Shown here one piece after another: positions 46,219 to 57,685 of a stretch of DNA of 64,000 nt. How positions within the stretch are numbered: position 1 is the first letter of the stretch; the number at the start of each line of letters is the position of its first letter. Under the pieces are notes generated by a model. That model saw only the letters and a program-made list of their open reading frames with translations. It had not been told where the DNA came from and made no database searches. Source of the stretch: Nemertoderma westbladi (lineage: Eukaryota > Animalia > Xenacoelomorpha); the NCBI GenBank assembly GCA_032718475.1, contig JAUCBJ010005712.1, forward strand, positions 1 through 64,000, read 5' to 3'. The position numbers and the translations under genes are program-made.

Positions 46219-47513
46219 AATTATGATTACTACGGTGACGAGAGCGCGACAATTTCTTAAAAGTTATAATAATATTTCCTAACAGGTTACAGAGCTGGAA
46301 GAACAGAATACAGAGTTGAAAGAAAATATCAATGGGTTTAGTGACCAAGTAAAAGATATAAATACAAACCTAACTATCCAAGTCGATGTAAATAATGAGC
46401 TAAAGAACGATGTTAGTTTCTTAACCAGTAATCATTTGTAACATAATTATTTGTTAAATTTAACTTCATACGATTTCATAGATATTGTAAGCGAGTTGAA
46501 TTAATAAAAATTTATAAAAATATTTCCTAACAGGTTACAGATTTGGAACAACAGAATACAGAGTTGGAAGGAAATATTACACGGTTGAATGACCAAGTAA
46601 AAGATATAAATACAAACCTAACTGACCAAGTCGATGTAAATAATGAGCTAAAGAACGATGTTAGTTTCTTAACCAGTAATTATTTGTAACATAATTATTT
46701 GCCGTGTTGAAGTCCTTCAGTTTTATTATTATGTTTTTATTTATTTGTATGGAATTAATTTCTCACTACCAAATCGCCAGGCCGACATATTTCCTAACTT
46801 TATATCGCAGTACGACATTATTTCTCAGTATGTCCCTACGCCATATATTTACTATGTATTTCAGTATATCCAGTATGTCACAGCGTCATTATTAGGTTGT
46901 TCTAGAAAGTTTAAGTGCAAAACTACAAATAATTCCCCACAAATAAATAAAATTAGATTCGCCGTTGTTCCTAATTACCACATTAAATCTTTTACGTCCC
47001 TCGTTTTATTATTTCACTAAACAAAATCACTCGTGCCGTAACGCTATAATGTGCTATTTTATTAGCAACGACGTAATATAGTTAGTATTTAATTGCTCTA
47101 AATGTTGGGTCGAAATGCCGGCGTTTAATGATTTCCCTAGAGAAATCCAACCCAACCACTGATCAGATGTGTGCAGAGGATTTACAGAATTTAATAAACA
47201 ATTTCAATTAATAATATTTCCTAACAGGTTACAGAGTTGAAAGAGTTCGTTTCCATGTTACATGATACAGAGATAGTGAATTCATCCATTACATTGTATC
47301 AGCTAATGGCTCCTCGGCTAATAAAGCAGAAAGATGAGTTGAAGATTCAACAAAGAGTTGATGGATCTGTTGACTTCTATCGAAACTGGGATGAATATGT
47401 TGAAGGATTTGGCGTCCCGAATACCAACTTTTGGTTGGGATTGGAGACGATCCACAAGCTGAGTAAAAACGGGGTGAAGTTGAGAGTCGATTTGTGGTTC
47501 ACTGGAAGGGGGT

Positions 47514-49337
47514 CACCCTGGGGCTGAATACAGATTTAGTCGAAAAAATTAGCCCAAGAATTTGGGTTATATTTTGTGACTCTTTGACCCAAAACGATCC
47601 GATTTCGCGAAAAATAAAAAAAAATTATCGAAGAAAATTTTATTTATAAGTAATTTAATATTTATTTAATACTTATAAATATTAGTGACCAATCACTTAA
47701 TTAACCCATGGATATATCATGGAAATTTGGAGTCTGTGTGTTAAAGTAATGCAAAAAAACAAAAATGTAAAAAAATTTATCGATATATATTTTAGTTATT
47801 AATAATTTATTAATTATTTAATACTAAAAAGTATTAATTTCTGAAAATGAATTAGCCCATGGATAAAACAAAATAAAATTGAGTCTATGTGTTAAAGTAA
47901 TTCAAAAAATCGAAAAAGTTTAAAAAAACATCGATATATATTTTAGTTATTGATGTTTAATAATTATAAATATTAATAATTAATTATTAGTAGTGTTATT
48001 TAGGTGTGTATGGGATGTGTGGGTGGTTGGTTGCATTATAAGAAATTGAAACGAAATAATTAAAACATAAATCTGGCATATAGTAACTTTCATACATTCT
48101 CAAATTATAAATAGTATGATGATATGCTGAATGCCAACCAAGTATGTTGTGTAGAACAAATACTCCCCCCCCCAGACAATCACTACCTGCTTTATTATTT
48201 ATCAAACACAATTACATATATTAAATCCCACCCACTCCAGATGCCCAGCAACAGCAGGGCAAACATACAATAGCTGCCTCTACTCCTGTCTACCTATCAG
48301 TATTAATTTACAATGTATCTGGCAGGCAGGAGGCCATTGGCATTTTGGTCATAAATCATTATTGTTTTGAGTTTAAATTTAATCAATTATTTCTTTATTT
48401 TGTATGTCTCCACGTCTCCATTAGAGATTACATAACAGGTGTGGGTGTGCGTGCATGGTTTTTACAAAATTATAAATATACAATAGTGATGTTTAATACT
48501 TGTAAAAATTATTCCAATTAATGTAATGTTTCCTTTAATATTTAATATATATATTCCTTTACTATCGATACATTCAGACTTTCAGACTAGTTCCTGGTAA
48601 AAATACAAGGTACCCTTGATACACCCAAAGTACTCTGAACATCTGTTACGAGCCGTTCAAGAATATAACTCTAAACATTTGTAAATAAACTAAAGTATTA
48701 TTAATAATGTACAATAAATATTAATATTGTTAAATAAATATAAATCAATTTTATAATATATGTATATTTTTAATAAACTTCAGTTTTCTGCATTAGTATA
48801 ATGATATTCCATGTACACATATTTTAATAATTATTGAAAATAATGATTATTAAAATACTAATTTATATTTATAATTATTTATAATAAGTAAATATCAATA
48901 CTTAAAATATATTATATCGTTATTTTTTTTTAATTTTTGGATTTTTCGCATTACTTTAACATATAGACACCATTTTTTCTTTCCAAATCCATGGGCTAAT
49001 TTATTTTTGAAAACTAATATTTGTTAGTATTAAATAATTATTAAATTACTAATAACTAAAATATATATCGATAAATTTTTTTACATTTTTGTTTTTTCGC
49101 ATTACTTTAACACATAGACTCCAAATTTCCATGATATATCCATGGGCTAATTAATTTATTGGTGACTAATATTTATAATTATTAAATAAATATTAAATTA
49201 CTTATAAATAAAATTTTCTACGATAATTTTTTTTAATTTTTCGCGAAATCGGATCGTTTTGGGTCAAAGAGTCACAAAATATAACCCAAATTCTTGGGCT
49301 AATTTTTTCGACTAAATCTGTATTCAGCCCCAGGGTG
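47514..49337. mobile_element. Non-autonomous DNA transposon, Chapaev-like (CAC..GTG termini, 4-bp TSD GGGT)
   Basis: TIR CACCCTGGGGCTGAATACAGATTTAGTCG... is perfect for about 100 bp and imperfect for about 400 bp. GGGT at 47510-47513 and 49338-49341. Excision restores the FReD frame (FTGRG-YVDP). Confidence 0.9.
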
Positions 49338-50358
49338 GGGTATGTAGATCCCAATGATTGGGACAATTATGATACAAAGATTTACACCAACGAACACCGA
49401 TACGCGGAATACGACAACTTCTCTATCGGATCAGCTGCAACTAATTACACCCTACATGTATCCGGTTACCATGGTACTGCTGGTGACTCATTGGAGATGA
49501 ACAACGGGTCTCCATTCTCTACCAAAGACCGCGATAATGACGGGTGGGGCTCCGTCAACTGCGCCGTACAACGTACTGGGGCGTGGTGGTACAAGGACTG
49601 CGGGGGCAGTAACTTGAACGGAGAATATGGTGGGGGGGATTGGAAAGGACCTCATTGGGCTCATTTTACTGGAGGGAGTCCGGCTTCTCGAGTTGAAATG
49701 AAGATTTGGATTTAGTAAAACTGTAAGTTTTATATAAAATTACTAAATAATTTCAATAGAGTTGCGTTGGAAACTAACTTTTATATTTAATTACAAATAA
49801 TATAAAAAATTAATTATAAAAAATAATAATAAACAATATTATAATATAATATAAATATAAATGAAATATATGATATAATATATTTTGCTGAATAGTTAAT
49901 AATAATAATTAATAATAATGAGTTCCGGAATAAATATCGTTTTTTACTATAAAATTATTGACTTTAACGTTTTTATTATTTATTTTGCAGTTTGAATTCC
50001 CAATGAGTTTTAGAAGAGACTGAATCTTGGCTATTCTGCTATATGTTACCAGTTTATATGTGTGATGGTTATGGGTTATTGGTTTATGTTGGTTAATATT
50101 TACAATATATTAATAAATTATAGTTGCAATAACTTAACTTTATTTACTTAACTTGCTGTTAGACCAGGAGGGGCCGGTTGCATATAAATCAACCTTAGCT
50201 AAGGTGCACCTTAACTCATAAGTGTTGCCTTAAATATTTCAACATCCGTATCAGTTGTCTGCCTAATATTACCTAATATATTTTATAGAAACATTTTGAG
50301 AACGTCGGAGGAGGTCCGATAGCAAAATTAGTACTTTTCAAAATCTAATTGGTTACAA

Positions 50359-50490
50359 TTTACTGGATATAATCCGGCTTCTCGAGTTGAAATGAAAATT
50401 TGGATTTAGTAAAACTGTAAGTTTTATATAAACTTACTGAATAATTTCAATAGAGTTGCGTTGGAAACTAACTTTTACATTTAATTATAA
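50359..50490 (+). pseudogene. Duplicate of the FReD 3' end (last codons, stop and 3' UTR intron donor)
   Basis: CCGGCTTCTCGAGTTGAAATGAAAATTTGGATTTAGTAAAACTGTAAG matches 49680-49727; about 51180-51260 resembles about 49860-49995. Confidence 0.8.
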
Positions 50491-51689
50491 AATTAATTTT
50501 TATTCTACCTAAACTAACTAAGGCTAACTAAAAGCCAGTAGTGTAGCCAGTAGTGTAGTTGGGTCCCTCCCCATTGAGCGAACAGCTTTGCTTACAGTCT
50601 GAGAGAGAGAAATTCCAGCCCCTAAATGTCATTATTATTAACCTATAAAACATTTGAACGGCCCAGTGCTTATAATTCAATCAGCTTGTGTCCCACCTAA
50701 CATAGCAGTGAGTACGGTAACCCTTTAGATATTCCCATAGATTTCACTGGAAAGAGCTATTCAGCTGTCGGTCTAATACATTACTATGTTTGCTTTCTTT
50801 CTGGGATTGATTGAGATAGTGATAAACTTATTGGCAAGTAATGGACTTCTGTGCAGTTTGGGCTTAACCATTCAATCAATAGTAGTAGCTTACTAGGCCA
50901 TCATGAGCAATCAAAGCAGATGTTTCTATCATTGAGTCTATGGCAATTTTCGGGCTTTAAGGCTATTTTTCGAAATAAAAAAAAAGATAGATAAAGATAG
51001 ATTGGAAAATATAATTTTTTTCGAAACTTTTTTGTCCACATCCTGGGGTTGAGCTGCGTCGATTGATATAACTTTCATTGACGGACGAGCTATAGCTTCT
51101 GAGGAGTTCACCCGATATACATACGTACATACATAGTGAAAACTTTTACAGTAATAATTCCTAACGGTCTTCTAATAACAAATATGATATGATAACTTTT
51201 GCTGAAAAGTTACATTTTTATTACTTCAACATTTTTCTTATTTATTTTGCAGTTTGATGTCGGATATTTCCAGCTATTAACTCAATGTATCAATATGTGT
51301 TAAATATAAATCTTGGTCTATTTATCTATTATTATTATACATTGCCACGGTGAGGGGTTTATTGTGACAGCTATTTGGTTCAATACAGTATTATATTACT
51401 TTCTAGTGCTGGATATAGGTACGATCTAGGATGAGGTTTATTGTTTTGATTATACTCAGTTCGATTACTATTACTTGTTTATATACATTGTTGCCACAAT
51501 TGACGCATGGCGTCCTGATATGGTAACTCGAGTGGGATACCCGACCAATTCTTAGAATTTATTATTTTTTGTACATTTGATATTGGAATTATTTATTCTA
51601 CCCTCTTAAGATGCGTATTTTTGCTTACGGCCACACAATGTCCAATACATTCCATACTATTCCTTTACACTTACCGGTATTGACTCATG

Positions 51690-51862
51690 TCCTGTAGGAA
51701 TAACATCTGCGAACGTAAACAAATCTACAAACGACCCAATCCCTATATTATCTCTAGTCAAATTAGCTGCTGAACCTTTAGCATTTTACCTGTCTGAATA
51801 TTTCAATGCATTTATATCAGCCCAGTCCTTCCCTGACTCAATGAAAATCATGAACGTGACGA
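51690..51862 (+). mobile_element. LINE reverse-transcriptase N-terminal fragment
   Basis: VNKSTNDPIPILSLVKLAAEPLAFYLSEYFNAFISAQSFPDSMKIMNVT resembles the KS.G.D.IP..LLK..PL..IFN..FP..K.A.V.P region of non-LTR RTs. Confidence 0.6.
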
Positions 51863-52546
51863 TTGGAACGAACAAATTGGTGTCTGGGTACCCGTTGAGT
51901 GACCCTACCCTGCGGGGGGAAGGTGAGCTCTGTTCCCGGGCGACAGCAGGAGGTCCCTAAAGGGGGGGAGTGGGGTTAAAACTCGACCTCCACTTCCCAG
52001 AGCCTCTGACTCCATCGGTGGATCGAGTCTACCTCCTAAATTCATGAAGAGACTACCATCGACTACGATGACACGATCCTTAACCACACCAGGCCCCAGA
52101 AGGAGAACGAGGACGAGATTTTCAAGGGTCTGAGAGAAGACATCAAAAAGATGTTCGGGAAGTCTCAAACGATGAAACCAGGAGAGATAAGTAGATATTT
52201 GAGTAAAATAAACTACCATTTATACATGGTAACTCAAATAAGTGAACCACATAAAATCTCAACCATGAGACAATATATTAAGGGTAAAATAGGGAAGGTG
52301 AACTCGATTTAAAGTTAACAGTAGGAGGTCAGTTGATACGCAGTCCTACCCAGGTGGAAACGGAAGGATTAAATCCTGAAGATTCCATCAGCAAAGTGGA
52401 AGAATGTAAGATTGAGGGGAGTATCTGTGAGTCAATAGCATCATCAGTTGTGGCTCGAAAAAATAAATCCATAGAGGAACGTGAGAAAGGAAAGAATAAG
52501 TAAAGAAGTAAAGAAGAGTAAAGAGAATTAATGAGAAACAAAAAAC

Positions 52547-52745
52547 GAACGTGAATGGGAGGAACGTGAATGTGAATGGGAGGAACGTGAACGTGAATGG
52601 AAGGAGCGCGAATGTGAATGGGAGGAACGTGAACGTGAATGGAAGGAGCGCGAATGTGAATGGGAGGAACGTGAATGTGAATGGGAGGAACGTGAATGTG
52701 AATGGGAAGAGCGTGAACGTAAACGTGAACGTGAGCGTGAACAGC
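52547..52745 (+). repeat. 21-bp tandem repeat, probably a decayed EREWEER coiled-coil coding repeat
   Basis: GAACGTGAATGTGAATGGGAG units translating as EREWEERECEWEERE within a purine-rich, stop-ridden frame. Confidence 0.7.
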
Positions 52746-53708
52746 AGGAATATGAAGTAAGGAAGTAGAAGTCAAGAGGGAAGAACTAATAGCATTAGAG
52801 GAACAGATGCATAAAACAGGGAGAGCCAGCGTGTAGGGAAGAATATATGGCGATCCTAGCAGCAACCAAAATTAAAAAAAAATCATAAGTAAATCTAGAG
52901 AGGCGCCAATATTATAAACCAGACCGGGTAATAGTCCCATAAAAAGAGACGGTGAGTTATTACCTGGGGTTAATTACCTAACAGGTGGAGACATATTAAC
53001 TGGAAAAACGACCAATAACGAAAAGGCGACGAATATTAATGACCACATTATATTACACCAAAATAATTATTTTAAAGAACCTAATAATAATATAAACAGT
53101 TAGGAATACTCAAAAAATTTAAAGTACACGCAATAGCAGGGTTGTCACCAATACAGTAGGAGGGACATATGTCAACTGTAGAACAAACCCTCTAACGGTA
53201 CGTACACGTACAGTAAGTGATTCTATAATTAGTTGGATGGCAGCTGCAGCACAAGCTGATACATGTATACAAATGGGAACACGTCCAGAGTACTCGCGGC
53301 AAACTATGGGAAGGCAACCTAACCAGGATGTTGGACCATATCAGGCCGAAAATTATGTTTCCAGTGGACGATAGAGTCACCAGCATTCTATGGGAATCCA
53401 ACGGGAGAACCACCCCAGATAGAGTGTAATCGGGTTGTACACACAGAAGTCGCGGCACAACACGGGCATACAACAGTAAACCCAAATTGCAATGTGTATA
53501 TGAGTATTACCCCGGAACTGTAAGGAGGGCAGACATCCCATAGCAGCCCTTATATGTGCACGATGGGAGCAGAGCACACCAATATAACGCAGTATAACAT
53601 TTTTTATTATTGATAGTAACAATGTGTTGGCTAGCTGCATTTTTCGAGGTGTTTGTTTTTATACATTTATTATAGGAAGGGATCTAGGGGTCTTAACCTC
53701 GAATGTTT

Positions 53709-54037
53709 TATTGGCGCAATTGTAGGACTAATCCCATCACATGCGTACTTTTTAACCGGGTAGTGTACAAATTTAGGAATCGCGTAATTTTCTTGAAATT
53801 AATATCTCATATCTTTCCCAACGTCTGACATATCATTCCGTACGCGTTTCGACCTTACTGGGTCTCATCAGCGTGGTGTCGGATTCGAACCTGGGACCTC
53901 GAGGTAGAAGCCGATACTACAACCACTAGGCCACAGGTTCTTGAGATATGGAGTATTAATTTCAAAGCCAGCTGCCATTTTAACTTTTACTTAAAAAGTA
54001 CGCATGTGATGTGATTAGTCCTACAATTGCGCCAATA
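53709..54037 (-). mobile_element. Small element: tRNA-derived Pol III head plus hammerhead motif inside nested inverted repeats
   Basis: A box (plus 53923-53933) and B box GGTTCGAATCC (plus 53881-53891). Inverted repeats 53709-53755/53991-54037 (one mismatch) and about 53793-53814/53944-53965. Confidence 0.75.
53824..53883 (-). ncRNA. Minimal type I hammerhead ribozyme motif
   Basis: Minus strand CUGAUGA-GACC cagtaa GGUC-GAAA-CGC-GUA: intact core, 4-bp stem II, palindromic ACGCGU minimal stem III and GUA cleavage triplet. Stem I is weak. Confidence 0.7.
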
Positions 54038-54290
54038 GTATAACATGGCACACGGAGAGCAACAACATAACCAACAACCAGAAGCCGTTATATAGCGGCG
54101 GTGAACCAAGAGGCCCTTTTAGTGGCAAGTGAAAGAAACTACCCAGTGGGAGCCCTAGAAGTGGCACAGAATGAATAATTATTCGAAATAAATAGGATTA
54201 ACCAACAAACCCATCAGCAACCACAGCAGATTTATAATAGGAATCAGATACACATTAAGACAACATTAAGACAACATTAAGATACATAAT

Positions 54291-55452
54291 TTACCAATTC
54301 AAAATGTAAATACCACAAAATTTCTAGGAATCTGGATAGATAAAAAATTAACTTGGAAAAGCCACTGCGCGTATGTTCTAAAGAAAATTTCAAAATCTTC
54401 AGGTATATTCTTCAAATTACGTCATATTTTACCACAACATATACTAAAACTTCTCTACTGCTCATTGATACAGCCATATATTAACTACGGGATAGTGATC
54501 TGGGGGAACGCCAAAACAACTCATATTAAACCTATCAAACCCAAAATTAATAAATTGTTGAGAGAGATCCCCTTCAGTCACTACCGTAAACATGCACCAC
54601 CACTCTACAGACAACTTAATATACTCCCTATTGAACAACTACACTTCCTAGAAACAGCTAAATTAATGTGGGAAATACACAACAACAAAAAACAAGATTT
54701 TATCACCTCCCTATTCCATCAAACATCTACAGTACACACACACAATACACGATCAACTGCAATTCAAAATTACTACTTAAAACGGACCCGACTGACACAG
54801 ACACACAAATCACTCAAATATCACGGTGCCATTGTCTGGAACGCGTTAGATAATAATATTAAAAAGAGTTTATCGAAAAAATCACTGGGAAATAAATTAA
54901 AAAAAATATTATTACATGAACTAAAATAACATCGAAACAAAAAACTTATTAAAATAATGACAAATAATAAAAGTCAATTCATAAAAAAAAAAAAAAAATA
55001 AAGAATAAATCTCATATAAAACGAAATTTAAAAATAATAATAACAATAACAATTGCTAAGCATTATTAATGTTAAAATAATATAACAAATAAATATGGTA
55101 AAAATCAGGCTAATATATCTATTTTATATCAAAACAAAGTTATAAGAATAAAAATGGCATACTTGGTTGGAAAGACGAGCCATAAACCCCTTACCCCACC
55201 GTAACCCCCCCCCCCCCCCCCCCCCCCCATCCAATTGGATGATGAAAGGAGTTGGCTACACTAGCCCGCGCTACAGCCAACTCTTCTCAAAGCTCAACCC
55301 CCAAAATCAAAAAAAAAAAACATCACATCAACATTATCCATAAAAATTAAAAAAACTTACTTACCCACTAGTAGTGATTGTATGATTATAAATGTTAATG
55401 TTCTTTGAGTCAACCAATTGCGATAAATAAATAGAAATAAAAAAAAAAAAAA
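54291..55452 (+). mobile_element. 5'-truncated CR1/L2-group LINE (ORF2 C-terminus 54291-54929, 3' UTR, poly-A)
   Basis: TTKFLGIWIDKKLTWKSH...LLYCSLIQPYINYGIVIWG...HAPPLYRQLNIL...HTHNTR..G..VWN; AATAAA and an A-tail at about 55426-55452. Confidence 0.85.
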
Positions 55453-55459
55453 TACAGGA

Positions 55460-56930
55460 AGAATGGATAGATTACAGCCATAGAAAAGAACAAAGACATA
55501 CAGCAACATTTAGGAGTAGCACACCAATTTCCGAAACGACAAGAGATTAATCAGAATATAACAGGAGCTGGCACAATTAGATATCCAACCATAGGAGAAT
55601 GGAAAGTGGACCAGAAAATACCAATTTTGGAAAAGAGCAATCAACGGCAGGAAAAACAGCCACAGTCATTGAATATCAACGAACATGTAGGCACACTGGC
55701 AGGAATTACCCGACGAGAAACCTTTCGAGTTCACTTTGAACGCTCATATCTCAGCTATTTTTCAACGAAATTCAAATTATATTACCTATTTGGAATCCTA
55801 TTGGAACCAACAAATCACTATAAGGTTGAAGAATAACTGGAGTATAACTGGAGACACCTTTTTTAAACGCTTGTAGCTAAAGATTGAAAGCAAAAATAAA
55901 AATTCTGGCTCACCCAGGAAGGAGGTGAAACTATCTTTGTTTAAAATTTCATGCAATCTCATTAAGATTTGTAGAAAAAAAAATTTTTTTTTGGGGGGGG
56001 GGGGGGGGGGCAGGTACCTGAATCTGAATAACGAAATTATATTCCAGGACATGGTGTAGGCCTATATGGAGAAGAATAATTACCAAGTGATAATAAGACC
56101 AAGGAAGCAAAGAAGGAGGAGAAATAAAAAGATAGGGAATTAGCAATACGTGTATAGTTACCACAGTTAGTAGTCGTACAAGTGAGATGCGAACAGAAAC
56201 AGTATAAAACCCCGCAAGCGCATTCAGAATAAAGCGAATTCATGTCAGATGCTATCGACACCCGACGACAGACAGCCATACGCTGAGAGAATGTATAGCC
56301 TGGAAATAGTTTTCACCCAGTGACGACGATTGGGATTATATATTCCGACATGGGCATTTAGCCAAAGGATGTAGAGAGAAAGGGAACAACAACTTTAGAA
56401 ATAATACAATTAGAATGCAGACATCTACTGGAATTACAGAGGAGACCGATTATATGTCGGTAATAATGAACAGAGAGGAAGATCTAGAGAAAGAGACTAC
56501 AGCGGAAGAAATAATTATTCAGACTATAATATCAATTATTCGAACAACAGGATAAATTATTCAGATGCTAGGAGTTACTCAAATGACAGAAGTAATTATT
56601 CAGATTATATGAGAGATTATTCATGTGACTATAGACGGGACTATGTTAACGAACAGAGGAGAGATTATTGGAGTAGAGAGATGCAAAGGGAAGACGAACC
56701 ATCACGGCAAAACCCACAGAACAGAGATACTTATTGTGAAACAATTACGAAACGAGTGGGAACATGTACTTCAGTAACCAAGCGAACTGTGTACTTAAAA
56801 ATAGTACCAGTATTATTAATTTCGGATAGAAATAAACGAGGAATAACAACCTACGCGTTATTAACTCGAGGGGGCGTCATCGACACGACAGAAATTAGTG
56901 ATAGACTCCGACTTCAGGGAAAATAAATTA
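55460..56930 (+). pseudogene. Highly decayed gag-like coding remnant (possibly Ty3/gypsy)
   Basis: Purine-rich frames with ETFRVHFER, an R/N/D/Y/S low-complexity stretch and a QGK* end; many stops. Confidence 0.3.
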
Positions 56931-57282
56931 TAATGAATTTAGAAGTAGTAGGAAATAGAATAGAAAAAGTTCCTCACGATTGGTTGACGTTAATATATCG
57001 AGTGTTTTGAGACAATGGAAGAACGAAGAAGCCTTAGGAAGGGTCCATGGGCGAAATAAACCGAATAATATAATTAATTATTATAATAATTCATTTACTA
57101 TTCATTCATGTAAATAGAGAGTAGAGAACATGTCAAATATACAGAATATATAATTATTTACAAATAAAAAAATAAATATTGACGCTAAATAAACATATAT
57201 TATCTAAAATTATTGATATACTATAAATTATTTTATACCGATCTACTGTACTGTATTCCTATAAATTATTTTATACCGATCT

Positions 57283-57334
57283 AGTACTCTGCGTTGATAC
57301 CACTGCTTAAGCAGTGGTATCAACGCAGAGTACT
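57283..57334. other. Internal head-to-head amplification adapter dimer; chimeric junction
   Basis: Perfect 52-bp palindrome AGTACTCTGCGTTGATACCACTGCTT-AAGCAGTGGTATCAACGCAGAGTACT. Confidence 0.98.
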
Positions 57335-57685
57335 TCCATTGTAAAGCTTTCGTCCACATTCAACGTATCTATGCCAACAGTGTTTACGGAAGTAGTTTAT
57401 AGGACATTTTTGGTGCTAGTTGTCCTAAACTGTTGTCTATTTGGAATGTTAATTTTCGATTATCGAGGTATTTACCGTATAATCTACCCCGATTCTTTGT
57501 GGAGGGACTACTGGATTTCCCGTATCCTATATCAATGTTAGGTAGCCGTTTTGTTAAATACTATATGTAATTTCTATTTGTAATTGTGCTAAACCTAGTA
57601 TTTTTCTTTCAAATTTAATTTTATTTGACTAAATAACTATTACCACTACTTTGTTTAACTCTATTTGACTTTATTTGACTGTATC

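Larger units (their letters stand above)
44136..49715 (+). pseudogene. Secreted coiled-coil + fibrinogen-related domain (FReD; angiopoietin/ficolin-like) gene with its last exon interrupted by a transposon
   Basis: Exons 44136-44192 (MLPVSLKLFSLLSALFLLQ, signal-like), 45897-45925, 46286-46411, 46534-46659 (coiled coil), and 47228-47513 + 49342-49715. Motifs IQQRVDGSVDFYRNWDEYVEGFG..FWLGLETIH, YAEYDNF, GYHGTAGDSL, FSTKDRDND..NCA..GAWWY..C..SNLNG and EMKI. The phase between the first two exons needs an extra small exon or a frameshift. Confidence 0.88.

Noticed and set aside
51868-51900. ACA-AAT-TGGTGTC as the LTR end and tRNA PBS of a gypsy element
   Set aside because: No paired LTR, and the match to a tRNA 3' end stops after about 7 nt.
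52329-52865. His/Pro/Ile-rich minus ORF and NVNGR plus ORF as proteins
   Set aside because: They are alternative readings of a 21-bp tandem repeat.
53872-53937. Functional tRNA gene (also 63398-63480)
   Set aside because: A and B boxes are present but the acceptor and anticodon stems do not form properly; better explained as SINE heads.
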